From a virus (taxonomy: Duplodnaviria > Caudoviricetes): DNA of 29,942 nucleotides. Of the stretch, positions 9,109 to 16,956 are shown piece by piece. The notes under the pieces were generated by a model. The model was not told the DNA's origin, made no database searches, and saw only the letters and a program-made list of their open reading frames with translations. A program made the translations under genes and the position numbers. The stretch covers positions 1 to 29,942 of IMG/VR virus record IMGVR_UViG_3300033402_000046. The stretch is one strand, 5' to 3'. Positions within the stretch are counted from its first letter, which is position 1, and the number at the start of each line of letters is the position of its first letter.

Positions 9109-9542
9109 TGTCAGCATCAGCACCTTTTTATGAAGGAACGACTCCGCTCGTTTCAGATCGTTACATCATAACCATGATTGCGGCTTCGGCCATATCGGTT
9201 GGCCAAGCCCTTGAATTGGTTCCCGGCAGCAATTGGAATGTTCAAGTTCCGACAACGAATCCGAGCGCACATTTCATAGGTTTTGCGCTTGGCAATGCAG
9301 TCATTGGCGCAACCGTTTCAGTCGTATGCAGAGGTGTATGCAGAGCAATAGCAGGCGGAAGCATAGCAGTAGGCGATCAGTTAGTTACAACAAGCAGCGG
9401 TCAAGTCATAACTGAATCACCAGCACCCACCGAAACGAGTTATGCTTCAGTAGCTTCAGATATCAACAATGCGCGAAGCATAATCGGCGTAGCAATTACA
9501 TCAGCCAGCAGCGGCGGAACAGTTTACGTGCTTTTATTCTAA
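9108..9542 (+). CDS. Capsid decoration/cement protein
   Basis: Between scaffold and MCP; Gly/Ala/Val-rich beta protein (FIGFALGNA, IAVGDQLVTTSSGQV, IIGVAITSA). Confidence 0.75.
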   Translation: MSASAPFYEGTTPLVSDRYIITMIAASAISVGQALELVPGSNWNVQVPTTNPSAHFIGFALGNAVIGATVSVVCRGVCRAIAGGSIAVGDQLVTTSSGQVITESPAPTETSYASVASDINNARSIIGVAITSASSGGTVYVLLF

Positions 9543-9564
9543 AATGTAAGAGGATTGATTGAAT

Positions 9565-10637
9565 ATGGCATTTGTTGAATCGGCATTAACGTGGGTTGAC
9601 ACAGGGGCAGTTGCGTATCCAGCGTTGCACCAGAAAATTATAGAGCTTACAATGCCAGCACTCGTCGTCAAAAAGCTGTTTCCAGAGTTCCCGCTGGTTC
9701 AAGGCAGAACCGCAACGTTTGTGAAGCAAAACGGCAGCAGAGCAGCAGCAATCAGCCAAATCTCTGAGGGAGCTGAAAGTGTTAATCGATTAAAAACATC
9801 AGCATATCCCGATGGATTTTACGCCGTATACAGAATTTACTGTGACACCGTACAAGAAAGGCTTACGCGAACGCATATCACGTGAAAACATTGAAGACCT
9901 CTACATTCCGATAATTGAGGACCAACTTCGACGTGTAGCCCGAAGAATGGCTTTCACTATAGATAGCGATTGCATGACCGTTATTAATAATGCAGCAGGA
10001 AACAGTTTCGCAGGCACGGGCGCAAGCTTGGGCTCAACAGGCACCCCATTCACTATCGCAAATACGCTTGGCAGCAAAGACATCTTAGCAGCTAAAGCAC
10101 TGTTGGAACAAGTAAGCTTAATCGCTGACACGATACTGCTTAACCCAGTAAACGCAAGAGACGTAATGTATCTACCGCAATTTTCACTGTGGGCTCAGTA
10201 TGGCAACGAAGGCGGACAAGGCGTATCTCCCACTCAAACTGGTAAACTCGGCACGATCTTTGGCATGACAGTCTACGTTAGCATGGTTGTCCCCGCTGGA
10301 ACCGCATTTGTACTTAGCACTGGAGGTAACTTCAGCGCAGCGTATGCACCATTGGGCTTTTTCGTTAAGGTTGCAGGTTAAGGCAGCCGCGAAGTAAAAC
10401 GCCCATTGATGACTGACGTTGAAATTAAGAAAGAATTCGATTCCATAGATGTGTCGCTTACTACCCGATACGCACCTGTAATTTTCACGGGAGAATCGTA
10501 CAACTAAGGTCACGAACTGTTTGGCACCTAATGATTTGATAGTAATTAGAGTTAAAGTGACTTTGGCTTCTCACCAGAAACAGGAAGTGACGTATGGAGA
10601 AGCAATAGTAAAAGTAACGGGGTTAGCAACAAGTTAA
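9565..10637 (+). CDS. HK97-fold major capsid protein, spliced: join(9565..9777,9806..10367,10395..10480,10587..10637), 303 aa
   Basis: Exons total 912 nt in one frame; junctions read SEGAE/IPMDFTPY, GFFV/IKRPL, RYAPV/VTYGEAIVKVTGLATS*; T-rich terminator-like tract follows. Confidence 0.9.
9778..9805 (+). other. BHB-type mRNA intron 1 of MCP (28 nt)
   Basis: GGGA/TCCC exon helix, GCTG/CAGC 4-bp central helix, bulges AAA and ATA, GTGTT/AACAT intron helix. Confidence 0.9.
10368..10394 (+). other. BHB-type mRNA intron 2 of MCP (27 nt, contains in-frame TAA)
   Basis: TTTT/AAAA exon helix, TCGT/GCGA central helix, bulges TAA and AGT, GGTTGC/GCAGCC intron helix. Confidence 0.9.
10481..10586 (+). 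other. BHB-type mRNA intron 3 of MCP (106 nt)
   Basis: TACGCA/TG(A)CGTA exon helix, CCTG/CAGG central helix, bulges TAA and AAG, TTTT/GAAA intron helix then a long rod. Confidence 0.87.
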
Positions 10638-10651
10638 ACTGAAATATCGAC

Positions 10652-10678
10652 TATTCTTTTCATTTTCCATTTTTGTTT
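10652..10678 (+). terminator. Archaeal oligo-T terminator-like tract after MCP
   Basis: tattcttttt cattttccat ttttgttt just after the spliced stop at 10637. Confidence 0.55.
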
Positions 10679-10707
10679 AAAAGCAGTTCATATCAGGAAG
10701 GAAAAAA

Positions 10708-10887
10708 ATGGGCATCGGCCACAGAAAGCCAAAACATCTTTGCATTAGCCATCAACATCATTGGATGCGTAGCGGCTGGCGTAAGAGTCCAGTTGGTTTA
10801 GAAACACCGCTACCGACTGATTTTTGTTATCTCTGCCGCATAACCCGTAAACAGTTAGATGACTGGAAAGTGAAAATGCAAAAATGA
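10708..10887 (+). CDS. Small basic Cys/His protein, 59 aa (possible Zn-binding); absent from the ORF track
   Basis: MGIGHRKPKHLCISHQHHW...DFCYLCRITRKQLDDWKVKMQK; purine-rich RBS. Confidence 0.5.
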   Translation: MGIGHRKPKHLCISHQHHWMRSGWRKSPVGLETPLPTDFCYLCRITRKQLDDWKVKMQK

Positions 10888-10998
10888 GTATTCAAAGCTT
10901 CGAAATAATAGGGCAATTTGCCGCCTAAAATAGTTGCGACTTTAGACGGCACAGCTAAAATATTTTTAGGCTATTTAGACTTTGAGTTTTATTTTTTG

Positions 10999-11049
10999 CC
11001 AGGTTGAAAATGCTGGCTCGCTTAAGCATTGTGGCCTGGAGAAGCGAGT
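10999..11049 (+). ncRNA. Candidate pseudoknotted RNA element
   Basis: CCAGG/CCTGG, AATGCT/AGCATT, and loop GCTCGCTT pairing with downstream AAGCGAGT. Confidence 0.35.
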
Positions 11050-11081
11050 AAACATAATTAAAAATTGTGTGAGGTGAAAAT

Positions 11082-11327
11082 ATGCAGAATGGAGATAAGA
11101 TTTTGTCTGTTCTTGGCGCTATAGTTACTATTGCTGGCATGGTTTCTGCGATTTATGGCGGTACCACCACAGGCATAGGCATGATCGCAGGCGGCGTAGG
11201 CATGGTGGCTAAAGGCACTGAAGAATACTATAATGGCGACACTACGCAAGGTGTTCAAGACATCGTTGCAGGTGCTCAGGAAGTAAAAGCTGGAGCAGCA
11301 AGTGCGAGTACAGCGACTAAAAATTAA
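11082..11327 (+). CDS. Small membrane protein (holin-like or virion-associated)
   Basis: GAGGTGA RBS; two Gly-rich hydrophobic segments. Confidence 0.7.
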   Translation: MQNGDKILSVLGAIVTIAGMVSAIYGGTTTGIGMIAGGVGMVAKGTEEYYNGDTTQGVQDIVAGAQEVKAGAASASTATKN

Positions 11328-11395
11328 CGTTGTATTGCCTCATCTTTTAAGTTGAGGCTTAAAATTTATTTAAAATTTAGGAGGAAAAAACAAAA

Positions 11396-11557
11396 TTGAG
11401 TCAAACAATAGTTGAAAACGCAGATTGGAAACTGATAAAAAACGCAGACGGCACGTTGCTACTGCAAGATACTGCTATTCAAGTGGAAATTGGATTAACC
11501 AAGCAAAAACTACTTAGCCTAAGAGCTATCATAGATGGAGTTGCCAGCAATGTCTAA
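11396..11557 (+). CDS. Small hypothetical protein, 53 aa (TTG start); absent from the ORF track
   Basis: GGAGG RBS; MSQTIVENADWKLIKNADGTLLLQD...; stop overlaps the next start. Confidence 0.6.
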   Translation: MSQTIVENADWKLIKNADGTLLLQDTAIQVEIGLTKQKLLSLRAIIDGVASNV

Positions 11558-12176
11558 AACTGCAAACGACCTAGCAAGAAGCATCGATCGCGTCTCAGCA
11601 AAAAACGTGACCCGCTTATCTGACCGGTGCACGCATAAGACGCGCTGGACAATTTTCAAGTTCAGTGACGAAGATGGCTTAGTTGAAAAATTGTTAAAGA
11701 AAGGCTTATCGCAGGAAGCAATTGCTAACTTGTTTCCGCATAGGGTACTTGGAATTTCACGGTTTATGGGGCATCCTAATGCTAAAGGAAACTTGTGCTT
11801 GAACACTGGGATTCAAGGATTCGAGAAGTTAATTGCTGGATTGAGTTCACCGCCTAACGCTTGGAGCAACACGTATGCGTACTTGGGTGTTGGTGATTCT
11901 ACGACAGCTGCAGCAGCTACGCAGACAGACTTACAGGCATCGACAAACTATACTTATGTTGGTATGCAATCGGGTTATCCGTCGCAGTCTTCGCAGACGT
12001 TGTCGTGGCAGGCGTCGTTTGGCAGTTCAAGTGCTAATTATGCTTGGAACGAGTTTGTTGTAACTAATGCTTCGTCTAAAGGTTCAGGTACGTGTATAAA
12101 TCGTCTTGTGAGCTCGCAGGGTACGAAGACTTCAGGTCAGACGTGGGTTTTAACGATACAGATCACCTGGTCGTAG
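11550..12176 (+). CDS. Virion structural protein (fibre-anchoring/collar-like)
   Basis: YLGVGDSTTAAAATQTDL...ANYAWNEF...INRLV...GTKTSGQTWVLTIQIT is a pattern I recognise from phage minor structural proteins. Confidence 0.65.
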   Translation: MSKTANDLARSIDRVSAKNVTRLSDRCTHKTRWTIFKFSDEDGLVEKLLKKGLSQEAIANLFPHRVLGISRFMGHPNAKGNLCLNTGIQGFEKLIAGLSSPPNAWSNTYAYLGVGDSTTAAAATQTDLQASTNYTYVGMQSGYPSQSSQTLSWQASFGSSSANYAWNEFVVTNASSKGSGTCINRLVSSQGTKTSGQTWVLTIQITWS

Positions 12177-12182
12177 GAGAAC

Positions 12183-12674
12183 GTGGTCGTTGTTCTCCAT
12201 TCATTTTCCCGTTTTAGATTTAATGAGCAATTAGAAACTTGGCAGGCGCTAGAGGAAATTAGGAATAGTTTTCCTGTTGTCGACGCTTTTTTGGTTGATG
12301 AGCAGGATTATGATAAAGCGTTGGAAGGCGTCTGGGGAAAGGGCGATTTAATCGTTGTGGAACAGGATATCGTCCCGACTGTTGAGATGATTGCGGGTCT
12401 GTTTGGCTGTGATAAGCCTTGGTGTATTTACGAGTACGAAATCAGGTATATGGATGATAAGAATCCGCCGTTTTATCCGCAGACAGGTTTAGGTTTAACC
12501 AAATTCAGTTGTGAAGCGCAGCAAATTTCTGCGCCTGAAAGATGGGGTAAGGGGCCTTGGTTTAACTTGGACGGCAGGGTCACGGGCGCTCTCATCCAGG
12601 CAGGGTATCGGCCACACGTTCACGGTAAAGTGAAGCATAATAGAATTGTAGATTGGACGGGAAAAACGAAATGA
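12183..12674 (+). CDS. Minimal glycosyltransferase-like protein (GT-A fold)
   Basis: LIVVEQDIVP (DxD-like), GLGLTKFS, terminal HVHGKVKH. Confidence 0.55.
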   Translation: MVVVLHSFSRFRFNEQLETWQALEEIRNSFPVVDAFLVDEQDYDKALEGVWGKGDLIVVEQDIVPTVEMIAGLFGCDKPWCIYEYEIRYMDDKNPPFYPQTGLGLTKFSCEAQQISAPERWGKGPWFNLDGRVTGALIQAGYRPHVHGKVKHNRIVDWTGKTK

Positions 12675-13428
12675 GTATTATTGATTCATCAACTGCAAAT
12701 GTTACAGATTTGGAATCTGTAGCATCGGGCGGCAGTTCTACCACTCAATCGCAATCAGCTTTAGGCGGAACCGTTCAAAATTCAACAGCAGTTCCATGTA
12801 CTACTTTGATTTTCAATGCTATTTCAGTTACGGAGATAACTGGCGGTTTAGTCGTGAATTTCGTGTGTCCAGTCTGCGGTGCTACTTGGTCGTTAACCAT
12901 AATGTTTGATGATTACGATGGCAGCGGAACATACGACATGAACGAATTAATCGCCATAACGTATCCAGATCACGATGATTCAAGCGGTAATGATTGCACT
13001 TTTAGCAATACAGTTATCAATTTAAACTTGGAAGCGCATTTAGACGGCACTGTCGGCTTTTGCTTTTGTATGCAGGCAAGCCCAATTTCTGACATGCTAA
13101 ACAAAAACACGGGAGAAGTTATCAGTTACTGGTGGCAAGCAGGAGAAGTTTTTTTAGCCAATGCTTTACGCACCAAGCATATTGCGTTTGCCCCATTTGT
13201 GGAGCCAACGTAAACTTAACGCCTTTTTTGCCGTCATGGTCAGAAGCAGTTAATAATGTTAATCAGTCTATTTTAACGATTCCGCAGCATGCTGCCCCAG
13301 ATTCAACGCAATGCACAAGCATTACTCAATTAGGTTCTTGCGTTGCTGTTTACTCCGATGGTGTAACGGGGATTTGGTGTTATATCGGATTTACACAGCC
13401 TAACACGAATTGGTGGCAAAATATATGA
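12671..13428 (+). CDS. Cys-rich protein with two CPxCG motifs, split over two frames (12671..13213 and -1 frame to 13428)
   Basis: CPVCGATWSL in frame 0 and CPICGANVNL in the -1 frame; T-TTT-TTA at 13150-13156. Confidence 0.6.
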
Positions 13429-15788
13429 CGATAACTTTAGTTCAAGGTCCATGTACAGGACAGCTAAGTACAAGCACGTATAATACTGTGCCCGTAACTA
13501 TGACTTCTACGCCAACCAATGGAAACGTACTTATTATGATGATTTCCATTGATGCCGGCAGCTATAGTAATGTTGATGTTTCAAGCATAACTGAAACTGG
13601 TGTAACCTGGAATAAAGTTGTTAATTGCGTGTCCGCTGCTAACTCTGGGATAGAGTGCGAAATTTGGCTGGGTGTAATAGGTTCAAGTGCATCAAAAAAC
13701 GTCACAGTAAACTTGAATACTACTATTGGTCCAACAAATCAAGGTGAGCCAAACGCTTGTATTTTAGAGTTTTCAGGCGTTGCAACTACAAGCTATACCG
13801 ATAAAACAGCTACGAATACGGGCGGTACTTCAGGGTCTACAATTTCGACTGGGACAACTGCGACAACTACGATGGCGAGTGAGTTATGGATTGGGGTCTG
13901 CGGCGGAGATGGCAATACTGCTTATGAACCAGTAAATACTCCTACTAACAGTTTTACGTTAGCAACTGGTATAGGTGGACCGACTGCTTGCGAGTTTGGA
14001 GCACTTTATTATATTGCTTCTGCGGAAGGAGCGGCAAGTACTGGTGTGACTGTTGAAAGCGGCGGGGGTGGCGTTGATGATTGGGAAGGATGCATTGCCA
14101 CTTTCTTCGCGGCAGCGAGTTCAACCAACATTAACCTTTCCGATACAGGTTCGGGCTCGGATGCTGTTGCAGTAACCGCGAATGTGCCTGTTACGGATTC
14201 GGGCAGTGGATCAGACGCGATCGGCGCATTGAAGGCGTCTGTTACGCCGTCGACAGATACGGGTTCGGGTTCAGATGCGGTTGGCGTTCAGGCTCAAATT
14301 CCCGTTGTTGATGCTGGAAGTGGAGCGGATTCAATTGTTCCTCCGCAAGTAAAGGTTCCAACGTCTGATTCTGGGACAGGATCCGATAGCGTTTTAGTAG
14401 GCAGTCCCGTTCCCGTTTCCGATTCTGGAAGTGGAACTGACGCAGTTTCTGCGTTACAAGTGCAAGTTCCAATAACAGATGCGGGAAGCGGATCAGATGT
14501 GATTAGTGCATTACGGACGCAGATTCCAGTTACGGATATTGGAGTTGGAACGGACAGCGCATTAGTCGGCAATCCCGTTGATATCTCTGACAGCGGTTCA
14601 GGTTCAGACGCTTTGGCATCAGTTAATGTTCAAGTTCCTGTAAGTGATGCTGGTTTTGGTTTTGATAGTTTGCTTGCCTATTCTTTGGCAGGAGCGCTTG
14701 TTGGATATTGGGCTTTTGAGGAAGGCTTGGGATCAACAGTTCACGATATGAGTGGAAACGGAAACAATGGCACTTTGGAAGGTTCACCTTTGCCAAGTTG
14801 GGTGGCTGGACGATTTCAATATGCGTTGCAATTTACGGCTGCAAACAGCCAATACGTATCGCTTGGCTCGCAAAACAACTTTCCATCTGGCGCAAGCGCA
14901 AGAACGGTGAGTGCTTGGGTATATTTAGCTTCGTATCCCTCGAGTAATGACGAAGGCGTTTTTGCATATGGGGCAGATGTAGCAGACGAATTTTTCTCAC
15001 TGTCAATTAGCCCGTCGGGATACATTTACCTTAACGTAGTCGGCTCAAACAACACGTTCTTCACTTCATTGACGGTTCCGTTTAACGAGTGGGTCTTCAT
15101 AGCAGTAGTCTACGACGGCACTACGAATGTGACTGGCTATGTCGCAACGCCATCGGGGATACAGTCACAAGCATTAACGATCGGAAGTGCGTTATCAACA
15201 ACTATTAGTGGCAGCAATGCTAACATTGGACTTAACCAAAACACAGGAACGTATTTTACTGGAGTCATTAGCGAAGTACGTTTATACAACGCCGCGTTAT
15301 CAGCAGCTCAGGTTTCAGCGTTGTATAATCTAAGTCCGCTTTCTATAACTGCTCAAATTCCATTAAGCGATTCAGGTTCAGGAGCTGATAGCGCGGTAGT
15401 TGGTAGCCCCGTGAACGTTTCTGATAGCGGTTCAGGTTCAGATGTTTTAACATCAATTAACGCTCAGGTTCCTGTAGCTGATGTTGGCTTAGGCACGGAT
15501 GCTTTATCCTCACTGCAGGCTCAAGTGCCTTTAACAGATTCAGGTTCAGGAGCTGACTTTGTAGGAAGTTTACAGGTTAAGATTCCTTTATCTGAACCTG
15601 TAGAAGGCTCTGATTCGCTCATAATCGCGTTTCCAATTTCCCTTTCAGATTCAGTTGTAGGCACTGACACCATTATTTTGGTTGCTGCGCGGCTTGCTAC
15701 TCACGCGATCATAGTTCAGAGTGAGAAGGGCACGGTTACGCTTCAGACTGAAAAAGGTCAAGTTATGCTTCAAAGTGATTCAGATTAA
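13425..15788 (+). CDS. Fibre/adhesin-like virion protein with DxGxGxD repeats and a LamG (ConA-like) domain
   Basis: About 16 repeats of 17-21 aa; LVGYWAFEEG...TVSAWVY...WVFIAVVYDG...FTGVISEVRLYNAALSAAQV is LamG-like. Confidence 0.85.
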   Translation: MTITLVQGPCTGQLSTSTYNTVPVTMTSTPTNGNVLIMMISIDAGSYSNVDVSSITETGVTWNKVVNCVSAANSGIECEIWLGVIGSSASKNVTVNLNTTIGPTNQGEPNACILEFSGVATTSYTDKTATNTGGTSGSTISTGTTATTTMASELWIGVCGGDGNTAYEPVNTPTNSFTLATGIGGPTACEFGALYYIASAEGAASTGVTVESGGGGVDDWEGCIATFFAAASSTNINLSDTGSGSDAVAVTANVPVTDSGSGSDAIGALKASVTPSTDTGSGSDAVGVQAQIPVVDAGSGADSIVPPQVKVPTSDSGTGSDSVLVGSPVPVSDSGSGTDAVSALQVQVPITDAGSGSDVISALRTQIPVTDIGVGTDSALVGNPVDISDSGSGSDALASVNVQVPVSDAGFGFDSLLAYSLAGALVGYWAFEEGLGSTVHDMSGNGNNGTLEGSPLPSWVAGRFQYALQFTAANSQYVSLGSQNNFPSGASARTVSAWVYLASYPSSNDEGVFAYGADVADEFFSLSISPSGYIYLNVVGSNNTFFTSLTVPFNEWVFIAVVYDGTTNVTGYVATPSGIQSQALTIGSALSTTISGSNANIGLNQNTGTYFTGVISEVRLYNAALSAAQVSALYNLSPLSITAQIPLSDSGSGADSAVVGSPVNVSDSGSGSDVLTSINAQVPVADVGLGTDALSSLQAQVPLTDSGSGADFVGSLQVKIPLSEPVEGSDSLIIAFPISLSDSVVGTDTIILVAARLATHAIIVQSEKGTVTLQTEKGQVMLQSDSD

Positions 15789-15799
15789 TAGGTGAAAAC

Positions 15800-16600
15800 A
15801 TGAGTATTCCTAGTGTTGAAATGAACACGGGTGATTGGTCGCCTAGTGTTGTTGCTACGTTGCAGAATAGTGATGGTTCAGTTTTTAATTTGACAAATTG
15901 TACTGTGTTGTTCCAGATGAGTCAGCAGGGGCAAATCTTGTTTAGTCATGCAGCAACAATAACCGACGCGGCGGCTGGAATCGTCCAGTATAATTGGCAA
16001 GAGAGCGACACAGAAGATGTTTACGGCGTCTGCACTGGGGTCTTCATTGTTACGTTGCCAGGCGGAGCCACGCAGACTTTTCCAACAGTCGGCGAATTCT
16101 ACATTATTTTTCCTATTCAGCCGGTAACTACACCGTCAACGCTGCCGCAATTCACGACGTTTAGCGAGGTTATGGGGCACCTTAACGTTCAAGGACCTAA
16201 CTCGACAGGTGCCTACACGGTTTACGGTTTACTCATCAGTCAGCAGGGTATTCAGGCGCAGGTTGATCACGCGAACATTTACATTAACAGCTTGGTGTCA
16301 AATGTGACGTCGACGGATCCGCGTTATCCGTTTGCTCAGCTTGCAGCGTTGGATCTTGCGTGTATGGGTGTTTTGGTGGCTGCTAGTGGTGGCATGTTGT
16401 TGGGTGCGGCGGATTATAAGCTTGGTGACCTGTTTGTTACGAAGGGTACTGTTGGGAAGTTTGCGTTGCAGAGTGCTGTGCAGAGTTTCCAGGATAGTTT
16501 CACCCGTAACGTGTTGAATCTTTCAACTGTTGCGATAGGAGCTGAAGCGCGGTTAGGTAGAGAGGTGCCTCGTTACAAGGGCGGATTGATTAATCCATGA
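15800..16600 (+). CDS. BppU-N-like domain fused to a putative head-tail adaptor
   Basis: N-half VFNLTNCTV...DAAAGIVQYNWQESDT...TFPT; helical C-half FTTFSEVMGHL...VDHANIYINS...AALDLAC; GGTGA RBS. Confidence 0.6.
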   Translation: MSIPSVEMNTGDWSPSVVATLQNSDGSVFNLTNCTVLFQMSQQGQILFSHAATITDAAAGIVQYNWQESDTEDVYGVCTGVFIVTLPGGATQTFPTVGEFYIIFPIQPVTTPSTLPQFTTFSEVMGHLNVQGPNSTGAYTVYGLLISQQGIQAQVDHANIYINSLVSNVTSTDPRYPFAQLAALDLACMGVLVAASGGMLLGAADYKLGDLFVTKGTVGKFALQSAVQSFQDSFTRNVLNLSTVAIGAEARLGREVPRYKGGLINP

Positions 16601-16788
16601 GTCAACCGAATGTTGTTGTTACGGAGAACGCGATTATTGGGAGCTTCAGGATCAGGAATAACCGTATAATCGCTAAGGTTAATGGTGCTAACATGGTTTT
16701 GTCGAGTGTTGAGTTTGAGCAGCTTAAACGTGCTGGGTATGATTTGGAAGCAATTGGCAGTGAATGTGAGACGGGAAGTACAAACTAG
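16597..16788 (+). CDS. Small hypothetical protein
   Basis: 63-aa ORF, ATGA-coupled to the upstream gene. Confidence 0.6.
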   Translation: MSQPNVVVTENAIIGSFRIRNNRIIAKVNGANMVLSSVEFEQLKRAGYDLEAIGSECETGSTN

Positions 16789-16794
16789 CGTATC

Positions 16795-16944
16795 ATGAAG
16801 CGACGATGCCTCGCCAGCAGGATCCTGCGCCCGGTGGTTGTTGAGGAAGCCTGTTATCTTGCAAAATTGACTTTGCATATTAAGGATTGCCGTAAATGTT
16901 ATGGGAAATCAATTTGTGCTAAAAAGAAGAAAGATTTGTTTTAA
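16795..16944 (+). CDS. Small basic Cys-rich protein, 49 aa; absent from the ORF track
   Basis: MKRRCLASRILRPVVVEEACYLAKLTLHIKDCRKCYGKSICAKKKKDLF fills the gap. Confidence 0.45.
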   Translation: MKRRCLASRILRPVVVEEACYLAKLTLHIKDCRKCYGKSICAKKKKDLF

Positions 16945-16956
16945 GGGGTTTGACAT

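Noticed and set aside
9559-10507. MCP as a frameshifted pseudogene or two separate genes
   Set aside because: Three independent breaks each coincide with a BHB motif, and canonical cleavage restores both frame and capsid-like motifs; random decay would not do this.
9778-10586. Group I/II or spliceosomal introns, or ribosomal hopping, as the explanation
   Set aside because: The inserts are too short for self-splicing ribozymes and lack GT-AG ends; BHB geometry accounts for all junctions.
10884-11007. Possible small frameshifted gene (MSIQSFEIIG then NLPPKIVATLDG...)
   Set aside because: Both pieces are very short with no recognisable motif; cannot be supported.
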